DNA of 56,131 bases, filler included, from Catajapyx aquilonaris (lineage: Eukaryota): assembly GCA_000934665.2 (NCBI GenBank). It is 3 parts of 3 records of this genome, joined end to end, with 100 filler letters (N's around TTAATTAATTAA, not from the genome) between each part and the next. Parts side by side here need not be neighbours in the genome. Positions count along the whole stretch, not along the records: positions 18,711 to 37,304 come from JYFJ02006655.1; 2 more parts are not named here. One strand, written 5' to 3'. Below the pieces are notes generated by a model that did not search any database, had not been told where the DNA came from, and was given only the letters and a program-made list of their open reading frames with translations. Every line of letters begins with the position of its first letter. Within the stretch, counting starts at the first letter, position 1. Both the position numbers and the translations under genes were made by a program. Of the stretch, positions 22,359 through 33,905 are shown piece by piece.

Positions 22359-25300
22359 TTAGTAATCTGTCGGTACTGGGTTTTTAGTCCAGGCTGTCGG
22401 TTCTGGGAGAATGTAGTCTCCTGTCGACAGATCCACAGAACAGACGAATGATCGCACATGTTCACAATTCCCACCAACCCTCCTCATCTCTGTGGCAGTA
22501 AATTCTAGCATAAGGCAGGCCTCAAATTCTGTAAGCTCTGGCATTGTGCCACCCATTGTATTCAGCTCGGCTGTGCTGCCATCGGTGATCCACTTCCAGT
22601 GGGCAGTCTTTCCAATGTAGAGAAGACCTTCCAGTTTACCTGTAAGATGCCAGAAATGGCATCATGCTCGAGAGTAAATAAATGCAATGCACTCACTGTT
22701 GAGACCGTACTCCTTTATGGCAAGAACGTCTAATTCTTCACGAGGCTCTGCAAGAATTCCTCCCATGTTCTCGCAATGCGTGATGGACTCGTTGAATGTG
22801 GCCTTGAACTTCCCGCTGAAGAGATAGCAGGTTCCAGAGACCAATTGGACAAACCGGGGAGGACAGCAGCTGAGAGGTGGTTTCGGTGGACGGGAGCTTG
22901 TCGACGGGCCTTCAGAAGTGGATGGTGAAACAGTAGTATTCATAGTGGTGTCAGGACCGGTGGTGTAGTCAGGTGGTGCAGGAGTTTTAGTTTGTTGGGG
23001 TGATTCAGTGGTGGTAGTATCAGGGCTGGTGGAGTAAGGATCAGTGTTGGGGTAAGGACCGGTGGTGGAGGATTTAGTGGATCTAGTCCCAGGAGGATAA
23101 TAAGTGGTGGTAGTATCAGGGCTGGTGGAGTAAGGATCAGTGGTGGGGTAAGGACCGGTGGTGGAGGATGTAGTAACGGGAGGTTGTGTGACAGGAGGTT
23201 GTGTGACAGGAGGTTGGGTGACAGGAGGTTGGGTGACAGGAGGTTGTGTGACAGGAGGTTGTGTGACAGGAGGTTGAGTGACAGGAGGTTGGGTGACAGG
23301 AGGTTGGGTGACGGGGGGAGGAGATATGCATGGACAACCGTTCCAGGCTGTTCCCCTGGCACTAATCACAGGCCCGAGATCCCATAGGAAGTCACTCGTG
23401 TTATAGATGGGGCCATTTCTGTCCATCATCATAACCTGCATCGGTCGACCCATGTAGCTCATAAACTCATACATGTCTGCCCGGAGTTTGTCGTCAGCTG
23501 CCTTTTTACGGTACGTGTCGGCGATCATGGTATAGTTCTTTATCAAAATGTCCGGAAGACCAGTGTTGTATTCGGCTGATCTGACCTTCCTCCACCGGAG
23601 CTTTTTTGTCGTGTCCCCTGCATCATTCGCAATAGGTTTGAGCAAGCCGCGTTCTCTTCTGCATGTCTGGAAGTCCTTCTGGCAGATAAACGTCGCGTTC
23701 TGCATGCATGTCTCGTCCATCCAACCGTCGTATTCTCCAAACAGTCCCATCATGCAATGCTGCACACCATCCCGGTTGTCTGGCTGACCTTTGGCCCAGA
23801 AATAACCTCGAACAGGAGTCATGGTCGACTCCCACACCCACTTGCCCTCGTCACCCAGATCGGTTCCTCCCAGCCAACTACTTCCAGTCTGACCTATTAG
23901 TTGTATATGGATTAGAAGTTTAATGCCATTCTAATACAGAAAGCCATACTCTTTTTTGTACCTTGTGATTTCAGTGAATACTCTTGACAATGATGAGTTA
24001 TTATGAGTTCCTTTGTTTCACTGTGCACAAGTTTTTCTGAATAGGATTATTTAATACTAAGTAGTAAAGTAGGTATAGTAAAATCTGTCTGTAGTGCTCA
24101 AGTAGCCTACATTCCGTACAAAAATCGTTAATAACAAATGTAAATTATAGTAACCTACCGTGCTAAAATTAACTAAGAACCCTTCATCTGGACTAATTAG
24201 TCTTCTGTTCCTGTACTTCTGTGTGAGGTCTGTTTTCAATGGCCTGCTAATAAGTGGATAAGCGTTTGGTTAACTGCACTGTCTTAATCCCACCAAAAAC
24301 ATTTCTGTAAAAAAAAAGGCCAAGTTCTCCTGAGTCCTGACTGCTTGGCCGTCAAGAGTGGTGAGATCTGAAATACGGCCAAGTTCAACGTCGATGTCAA
24401 TTACTGGTATTCTCAACTTCTTCAACCTAAACCACTAACTTGGTTTTTTCAGGTCGACCTTAAGTTTAATCATCGAAAAATTTTAATGGAATTTCTCTTG
24501 CTGTAACTTGGCCATTGCTCATGTCCGAGGTATTGTTGAATTCTACAACTGTTTCAATGTTTTAAGAGCAATGGCCAAGTTACAGCAAGAGAAATTATTT
24601 CTCTTGCTGTAACTTGGCCATTGCTCTTAAAACATTGAAGCAGTTGTAGGGCGCAAACTGCAGGAGATAGCGACACATGGTTTTCGGATTCGGATTCCTC
24701 GTGGCCAAAATAGGCTCCATGGCCAACTTCCGGTGACCCACCACTTCCGGTTTTCGGGGTTCATTCTATCCGACAAAGTCAGTTTACCTGGCATATCCAT
24801 TGGCAACGGGAAATGAGACTGACTACAATCAGTGTTATTATTATCCCATTAGAATCGCATCGCATCATATCGTATCGGGTTTGTCAGCCTCATTTCCCAT
24901 TGCCCAATGAAAAAATGTATATTAGAATCACGCTCTCGTTATTTGCCATTCTTGTTTTATTCTTTGTCAAGTTGACCTGTCCTGAGCAGATAGGACTTTG
25001 TCACAAGAACATCCTGACTGAGTAAGCCAATTAATTAGTTTATAGAAGACGCGTATGTTCAAGCAGCTCTCCAATGCTTTACAGATAATTATAGGCTACA
25101 CTGTGAAAACCGTTATAATCATCCAGGCATTACGTATCTCTATACTCACTTATTTTGAAGTGTTCACTCAACGAATCGATTTCTTCCCTGGTTTGAGGTG
25201 TTGCCAAAACAGACCCAATTCGCCTGCAGTATTCAGCAGCCAAGAACCAGTTTGTCTGAAATGCGGTTGAAAAGTAGTAGCACAGTCCTGTAGGTGTCCT

Positions 25301-25393
25301 GGCGAATGGTCTTGGACAGTCTCGGTCATCAGGCAGTACAAGTGTCACTGGAATCATCGCATATATGGCAAACGTGACAAGAAGGCCTGTCAT
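22359..25393 (-). CDS. Secreted double C-type lectin domain mucin-hinge protein, copy B; exons 25393-25150, 23893-22697, 22639-22359
   Basis: SP, CTLD1 (QPD), linker, (TQPPV)~9 plus Thr/Ser/Pro stalk, then CTLD2 (CPPRFVQLVSGTCYLF..HCENMGGILA..LYIG..WKWITDG..C..C..FVC); phase-1 GT-AG introns keep frame. Confidence 0.9.
24543..24649. repeat. Near-perfect 107-bp palindrome in lectin B intron 1, with a third partial arm copy at 24492-24520
   Basis: ctacaactgtttcaatgttttaagagcaatggccaagttacagcaagagaaat-t-atttctcttgctgtaacttggccattgctcttaaaacattgaagcagttgtag. Confidence 0.9.
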
Positions 25394-27190
25394 GTTGCGT
25401 GATCTTGCCAACACTGTTTCATACACAAAAACAACTTCATTAGTTTCGACTACAAAAATTAAATTAAAAGTGTATTCACTTCCTTACCTTTTGCAGCTCG
25501 ACTTCTACTGTAGAACGCTGCACATGTGAAAGGCTGAAACAAATTCTCAAAATATTATCTAGTCAATTTACTAGCCTACACAATAGGAAATTATATTTAT
25601 GACGTTCATTGAATCACTTACATATGGTAGGGCATATAAAGATGTGTAAATTGCTTATTCATAAGAGTATTATTGTTCTCTGATTACGTGACATTTGGCA
25701 TTGACTGTAATAATAGAACTCAATGCACATCAATCTTGAATTATCTGGAAATGTTTGTCGAATTATCGAACTTCCAATGGCAGTTCTTGACGTGTGCAAG
25801 AGACATGTTAATGTCTCGTTATGTATTAAATGAAGTGCTAGTCCACTGCCACCAGTTATGAGCTACATTGCACCGAGGCATACTCCCGCTCGGGGACTCC
25901 GTATGCCCCGCTTAAATACAAGTACAATATTATTATACAGAGCCTGATACAAGTAAGCCTACGTTGGAATTTTGCTGTGAAAAAATGTCTGTAGCATTTT
26001 CAACTGAATAAGAATAATTGTAAGATTTCCATTAGTCAATATATTTGTGAACGGGGGGCGATGTGGCAAATCTTGAGAACCGCTGATCTAGCTCCTGCAC
26101 AGAGAGACATTTACATGGCGGTTCTACACTTCCGCAAAAATATTCGGCCAGGCCATAACTTAGGAAGTGACTAAGAGGACAGAGTGTTTAGCATAGGCTT
26201 ACTAATTTTAGTAGGCCTACCGCATGTGTCAGAATATGCTTTGTTGGTCGTATAGTGGTTTTGTCCAGTAGGGTATGAACTAAAGATATGCGCTAGCAAG
26301 TGACAGTGTTCGCTTTGGAAGGAAATTGTTGAGATATTTTTACGTCTAAATAGGTACAAATAGTCGTTTTTTTACCTTTCATAATGATGTGATTTAAACA
26401 ATATTATTGGTTATCTGGAACATTTTGATGATATTTTATTATTTGAAAACTTTCTTTAACAGCTCACTCACTGTCATATGGATTAGTTGTTGACGCCGAT
26501 AAAAACATGGAGCATAATATTATTGTAGTCGAGAAGGTAATCATCATCCATTGGTCACTCATACATTACACAGCGCAACAAAAAAAAAATATTTCGGCGT
26601 GTCACTCGGACACCACTATGTAGATCATGTTAGTAGGACCCAAAGTAGCTAGGAAACGCCCGGGATTTCTCTCCCAAAATGTGCAGGGGGTCAGGGTGAC
26701 CAAAAATCCGAAAAATTCAAGATATTGACGTTTTTTGGCATATTTCAAGGTCTGGCAACCACTGTAAGTTTCGGATTTTGTTTTTGCTGGCATTAGGTGT
26801 TACCTGGGGCTAGTCTGAAGCCACTATGGTGTTTAAAGTCAATCTTTTATGGAAACTGTTGGTTTTCCAGGGTCCTTTTATGGAAAAAATTTCGTTTTTT
26901 GGTACTTTTTCGTCGGTGCTCTTTATGTAAATTCGCGAAAAACTTATTTTTTCAATGTACCCTGTTACGCTCATGTGAAGGTTGATGTTCAAGAAATGAT
27001 GTTTACGAATGGTTCTGATTGCATTACCCAGTGGTCGGATGGGATGCTCGGACTAAATTTTTTTAACTATAAACACATCTTATCTTTCTAAAATGCACAT
27101 TAGCTGTATAATTAATTCCACTTCTAGTGTCTGACGGTTTGTGTAAAATGAAAACATAGGTAGGGGCCTACATATTTTCAAAGAGTTTAT

Positions 27191-27292
27191 TACAATGAAA
27201 CCTGTGTATAGCAGAATCGAGACCCAAAAAATTTTCCGTGATGGACAGGTTTCCGCTATAAGCAGGGTCCGTTATAGACAGGTTTCACTGTA
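27191..27292. mobile_element. pogo/Tigger-like MITE (same family as 51684-51860)
   Basis: ta-caatgaaacctgtgtata ... ttatagacaggtttcactg-ta. Confidence 0.7.
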
Positions 27293-28759
27293 TTACTTCT
27301 GGAATTGTCTGGTACTATTTTAGGTGCCACCACTGAATTCTGCACCCTCAAAAACACCTGATTTCATACCAAACATGACCATGTAGCTGAAAAGTTTATT
27401 TTCCGACTTTTGGCGGCCTTATTTAATGTTATAATGATAAAATGGCCCTTGAAAATTATTTAATATTTCGATGGAGTTTTACACTACAACGTGTGTGACA
27501 ATAACATGTCATACATGATAAATAGCTGTAAATAAGAGTGGAATTCCGCAATATAATATATTTCCTGAATACCACAATTTTGATGAATTAATTACGGGCT
27601 AATTAGAGCCTTATAACTTGTGGTCTGGGGCTATTTACGTTCAGGAAGGGATGTAGTATCAGCACAGTAAATGGCATCTTCTCTGCCAGAAGTGAAATAT
27701 TATTGTGACTTCCGACCCCACTGTGTGAGCCAAGCACGAGTCTTCTTTCATATCAAAACTGCACTTTCCGGCCGCTAGACGGCTCCACCGTCTCAGAATC
27801 TACCTACCAATAGGCGACAACATACTGTCGGCATTCGAGAGACTCCAGTATGACTCTGACTATAATGATTGGCAATGGATGACATTTCTTGTCAAGCCCA
27901 CAGCAGATCCCCTTCCCCTTCCTCGCTTCTGAATTAAAAAGCGAAATGATGAGAGAAGAGTGATGCTGTTTACACCAGTTTACACGCACTCCTCAAAGAC
28001 CATCTTGATGACCCGTTGTCGGCATTGAATGCGAGAAGTTATTTTTACCTGTTTATGATATATCATTTTGCATCCAAGAGGAGGGCCAGGACGAGATGAA
28101 AGTCTGGATGGAGGGAGAGGCTAACCATATCATGTCCTTCCCTCTCCTCCAGCCACCTACGTGGACGTGCCCAACTCTCTCTGAAGAACTCGGATAGGTT
28201 TCGATGCCCGCAAAAATGTAGGCTGCAGATTTACTTCGTAATCAATTGTCATCAATAAATATGTACTGAAGGAGATTGTCTATTATTGTGCCCTGGATCT
28301 GATCATTGCCTTTACTGTGCATACTTTCCTCGATGAGATGACTGCAGGATGTTGCATCATAGCTCTTTTGTCTTGTCATAGTCTCTGCTGTGTGAGAAAG
28401 ATTGTCCCCAAAGAAGAGTGTTTGTGGTTGACCCTTCGAGGCTTCCGTACTTGGCCGGCCGCGTTCCGCCACTAGATTCGCTGTGTGTCGCCTTGTGGCT
28501 TGTGGTAAAAGTAACTAAAGGAACTGGCCAAAAACGCCGCAACTAAACCAATGCGGTACCCCACCTAACTACTGATATGCCTATCTAAGGTCACGGGGGT
28601 CGGAGGGGGAAACAATGTGAAAAAAACGGGAGTTGCACTGGGCTGTCCTGCACCGAGACATTTCCGTAAACATCTTCTTCCAGGCCATGACCTATAGGGA
28701 GTGACCAAGAGGAGAGAGTGCCATATTCTTACAAATTTTAGTACCGGATGTGTCAGAAT

Positions 28760-29340
28760 TTTCTTTGATGGTCGTAGAGGTTGTGTCACAATCTCCAGCC
28801 ACCTATCTAACCCCTGGGTCCGAAAAGTCCAGCATTCGGCACACCCCATCCTCTGCAGGCTGTTGCTGGGTGTCATCCTCTTCAGACGCCTCCTCTGATT
28901 CTCCATGAGTATTCCACTTCCATTGCGCATTCTTGCTAATGAAGTACAAACCATCCAGTTTATCTGAAGGATGCCAAAATGTCCCCATGTTTACAGTTCT
29001 CGAGTAAATAGACGCAATGTACTTACACAGTTACACTGTTGAGGGCGTATTCCTTTATGGCAGCAGCAGCAGCTTCTCCTTTGTGATGAGGTTCTGCCAG
29101 AATATTACTCCCATTTCTTTGCACTCCATGATGGCGTCTTTGAATGAGGCCTTGGTCTCTCCTCTGAAGTGATAGCAGTATCCAGAGACCCATGTGACAA
29201 ACCGGGGAGGACAGCTCCCAGGAGGAGGCTTAGGTGGGCCTGTAGTTGAGGAATGAAGTTCGGAAGTTGATGGTTTAACGGTATAGTCTTAGCATCCTCG
29301 GTATCGGTGGCAGAGGGAACATCGGTGATGTCAGGTTAAC
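28760..29340 (-). pseudogene. Degenerate 3' part (stalk end plus CTLD2) of a fourth lectin paralogue
   Basis: PPKPPPGSCPPRFVTWVSGYCYHFRGETKASFKDAIMECKEMG, then a frameshift before LAEP..AIKEYALN; downstream exon DKLDGLYFISKNAQWKW..CRMLDF..VR*VAGDC has a premature TAG; no CTLD1 or signal exon seen. Confidence 0.8.
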
Positions 29341-29755
29341 TGCTGGTGGTCGTATTCATTGGTGTAGAACAAAATAATGAAATGTGCAAAATTAATTAAG
29401 TTATTATTCGTTTATTGACCCAAACTGCTAGTTCACTCATTCTGAGTAATTTCTGCATTTCGTTTTTTTTTCTAAAGTAAATAAAAAGTTACTAGTGCAC
29501 TGTACTACATCATTTCCAATGTAACACGTCGCCTTTGTAAACAATATGTAATGCGGACCCCACAAAAAATATCTGGCTAATTATACGTCCATTGTTTAAA
29601 AGAGGTTATCGCATTCAGGAGAACCTTCCAGTACCACACAGTCACACATCCACACACATAATGGTAGGTTTTGGCACATTCGTCATCATTCTGAAAGACA
29701 ATGTTACAGAAACAGGGTCACAAAATTTAAGCTGTAAGATACACATACGTACTGT

Positions 29756-32438
29756 CTATAAAAATTCGTTGTATAACTTGAAACTCGTCTTCATCCTTGA
29801 CGAGGGACTTATCATTGGCTTTTCGATGGAGGTTTCTAAGCCCGGAATGACAGGTATTGGGACGTCTCTTTTTCTTCTGGCCCCTGAGTTTTTTGATTTA
29901 ACAGAGCAGAGAAATGAACGGTTCTCATCGCAATTTCCAACAATCGACGACATCTCATCGGAGTTAAATCCGAGACTGAAACACGCATTCACGTCGTCAG
30001 AAGGCGTCAAATTCACTTTCAATATGGAAAGATCAACCATGCTTCCATCACTGATCCACTTTAAACTTGCAGTTGCGCCGATGTAGTAGTTATCACTAAT
30101 GTTTTCTGGAAATAAGATTCAATGATAAGACAGTAAGCCTAACACTTCGGTGCTAAAATAATTAATACAGAAGGGAAAATTATTATAGTTCGAGCAGTAC
30201 AAAATAATGGGGAAGTAAAAATCGTATTGTAGTGTCCAGTTACAGTGCAAAAGCCACACCTGAGGAGACCCAAAAGACTTACCATTTATCGCGTATTCTC
30301 TTATGGCAAAAAGTTCGGTTGTGTCACGAGGTTCTGCCAGCATTCCTCCCAGATATTTGCAATAATTGATAGTATTTTTGAATGCGCCCTTGAAGCCTTT
30401 GCTGAAGTAATAGCAGGTTCCAGAGACCAACGGGACAAACCGCGTAGGACAACATCCACAGCAGGGTGGTACCGGCGGACGAGAAGTTGTAGTTGGGCCT
30501 GTTGGTTCACTGGTTGGAGCTGAAGAGCTGGTAGTTTCACCGGTTGAAGGTGACGAGCTGGTAGTTTCACCGGTTGAAGGTGACGAGCTGGTAGATTCAC
30601 CTGTTGAAGGCGACGAGGTGGTAGTTTCACCTGTTGAAGGTGACGAGCTGGTAGATTCACCGGTTGAAGGTGACGAGCTGGGAGTGGAAGTAGTAGGGTT
30701 TGTGGTAGTGGGGATAGTAGTAGTGGTGGTGGTGGTGGTGGTAGTGGTAGTGGTAGTGGTAGTGGTACTAGGCGGTGGTGGAGGAGGGGGAGAAATGCAT
30801 GGGCAACCGTTTTTCCACCCCCTAGGCTCAATTGGCCCAACATCCGATTGGCTATCGTTATATTGATAATCTATCAGAATCTGGATAGGTCTGGCTATGT
30901 AGTTATTGAAGTCGTACATGTCTGCTCGGAGTTCGTGATGGTCTGCCCTGAGCATATGCATGTTGGCACGGAGGTCAAAGTCGTTCGTCATCAAATTTTC
31001 TCCGCGGCCAATGTTTCCTTCTGCTGATCTGACCTTCCTCCAACTGACTTTGCTTAACACGTCACCCACAATAGGTTTAATTAATCCCCGTTCTCTTCTG
31101 CATGTCTTGTAGTCTTTCTGGCAGACAAAAGCTGCCTTTCGTAAGCATGTCTCGTCCATCCAACCGTCATAGTTTCCAAAGAGTCCCATCATGCAATGTT
31201 GCACTCCATCCAGATTGTCCGGCTGACCTTTGGCCCAGAGATGACCTCGTACAGGAGTCAGGGTTGACTCCCACACCCACTTGCCCTCGTCACCCAGGTC
31301 GGTTCCTCCCAGCCAACCTCGTTCAATTGGATCTATTACAGTAATAAACCCAGACTATTATATATAACAATGCAGGCTTATTTTAATTATTGTAACAGTT
31401 TCGCAAATAAAATTTTCTTAGGATCATTTGGGTATGTCACTCTAAAACCATTCCCAAATATTCAAGTTGCATTTTTTTAAAGTGGGGAAGGGTCAGTTTA
31501 AAACATGCTGACGTGTGTAGGCTAATAATCAATTTCATTCAGAATCTGCAGCTGTGACTGATATACATGTTTCAATCTGTTTTAGTAGTTTGAGTTGCAT
31601 TAAAATATTATTCCCTGGGTACAGAGTTAATTTTAGCAACTCAATCTAAGATGTAGAATCAGGTGAGTTGTCGGATTTGTTGCGTTTCTTTTAATTGGCA
31701 AAATTAGGACTGTATTAAACCCCGTCAATTTTTTTTTGCTGGCATATAATCGTGGCTCTAGCTTAAATTCAGTGAGTAAATGCGGCTACAAACAGAGAAG
31801 AATGATGTTGTCACAAGCTTTACATAAATTCTTCGTTACATTGTTGACTTTGTTGGAAGTAATTTTTGCCATTGTGACGCTTGTACTTTTCTTTGTTTGC
31901 GGCTACAACAACGAAGCAACGTATCGTATAATTTATTTGCTGTTTTCATTATAGGCGTAACTCCCCATGTTCATATTATTGTGGCTACAGCTGCATAAAA
32001 GTAACAATATACTACATATACATATAAGTCAAGACTTTCCCACAGAAAGGAAAATGCAGTTGAACAAATTCGCGCGCTATTACTTTCCTGTATTTCCAAT
32101 TTAATACGAACCAGGACTTATGTTCCACGATAATTCTAATTACTCAAGTTATAGTGGTAGTGATATTCAACTTCATGTAAAACATTGCACTCACTTATTT
32201 TGAAGAATTCATTCAGCCCGTCAATTTCTTCTTTGGTTTGAGGCGTCGCCAAAACAGCTCCAATTCGCCTGCAGTATTCAGCAGCCAAGAACCAGTTTGT
32301 CCTATATGCACGTGAAAAGTAGTAGCACAGTCCTGTAGATGCTGTCCTTGTGAACGGCCTGGGACAGTCCTTGTCAGGTAGTACAAGTGCCACTGGCATC
32401 ACCACACAAACAACAACCGTTAATAATAGGTTTTCCAT
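29756..32438 (-). CDS. Secreted double C-type lectin domain mucin-hinge protein, copy C; exons 32438-32195, 31332-30283, 30105-29756
   Basis: Same exon phases and CTLD1 as A/B; hinge is poly-Pro, poly-Thr and (SSSPSTGE[S/T]T)n; CTLD2 followed by a tail with RRKR. Confidence 0.9.
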
Positions 32439-33669
32439 GTTGTATCTGACAATGTTTCACATGCAAAAATATACTATTCACTTCTAATGACAGGAAAATA
32501 TGTTCTTCACCCTTGCAACAGGGCTGTAAGAACTGATGAAACAAACTGTTCTTGTACATACATAGCACGGAAAAAAAATTCTGGCGTATTGTCTGGTGCT
32601 TAGTATACCGATACAATAGGTAATGTTGTCTATGACGTTACCCATAAGTACTGTGGATAACGTCATAGACAGTGACATGGCTGACAGTGCATATTAAGAT
32701 AGAGAAATATATTGTGGGTTCAAACAAGATATAATACTGTGCAACGTGATTTGGAGCCATCTGATGGCCGTCACACATTGTTAGTACTGATTAATGAAAT
32801 AATGTTATCAATGCCTGACAAATTACCATTTTTCTCAGAGTAAAATTTTCATGACTCTGAAGTAATAAAACTATTCTGTTAATGAAATATCTGGACAATT
32901 GTTGCCCAAAATAAGAAAAGCCGATGCTCCTAATTCAAAGCCCAATATTTTTGTTCATTAACTTGTTCCCAAGAGAAAATATTATTTGTTGAACAGTGCA
33001 CATCACAAAACATATTCTTGTAAATAAGAGCAAAACACTGACTTAATGCCTGTTGTTTCGTCTCCTCTATCATGCTTTTTATAGCTCCAGAAGTGTAGTG
33101 ATGTAACTGAGACAAAGCAACATGGGCACGATATTGTTAATGATTGTTTTACACCATTACTTGCTTACTGACTATGTAGCCTATTGCTTGTTCTTCAGAC
33201 CATGCATTTCTCAGGATGATAAATTAGGTAATTTCAACATTCACAATACTTGCTCAGAGTGACAGAGAACACATCACGTGCGTCATCTTCAATAATTGTT
33301 CCTGTTATGGGTTTCCCACTCTTATTAAGACAACAGGACTGAGAAGCTGAGTGCATGCGATAATTCCGCTGCTTTTTATTCAAACCTTAATAATTTTGAG
33401 TATGAAAAAGTACTGAGTCCTACGTTATTGAGACTACTTCTGAAACACCTCTGCTTGGCCCTTGCGCTATAGAGAAGGTCATAGTATTGTAATGTCTATA
33501 TTATATTTTTATGGGGGGAGGGGGAAACATTATACCTCCAGTGCGTTGGTAATCCTGAAGACCTACTGCATCAGTCATCTGAACCAAATATGTCATCAGC
33601 AAAAGAAGCAAATAAGTATAATTATGGACTTTTGTATCTCATACTCACGCAATTGATTTTGTTTATGTC

Positions 33670-33905
33670 ACCTACACTCCAATAAATACGATCAATTTGA
33701 TCCGTAATCAATTTTAAAAACTACAAGAGAGGTTCGAGAGCAAATACTTACAGTGTAACGGATGTTCTATTTTTGTCTAATGCACGCACTGCACGCCAGG
33801 GAAAAAAAGAAAGGATTTGATAAGACAGTATGGAAGGCCATTAAATAGCAATCGTATCAAATGCATAGCCACCCAAATGTTCACTGTATACAGTCTACAC
33901 TTTTC
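33670..33905. repeat. Diverged local duplicate of ~35618-35845
   Basis: ctacactccaataa.tacgat, ctacaagaggttcga.agcaaatacttacagtgta, tttgataagac.gtatggaaggccatta and atagcaatcgtatcaaat are shared. Confidence 0.8.

Noticed and set aside
18659..23387. Alternative-frame repeat ORFs (LLSLN, TGGSV, CDRRL, HPTSC)
   Set aside because: Shadow frames of the TEPPV/TQPPV coding minisatellites.
27780..28700. GC-richer stretch suggestive of a DIRS/Crypton relic
   Set aside because: No recombinase or RT motif could be read convincingly.
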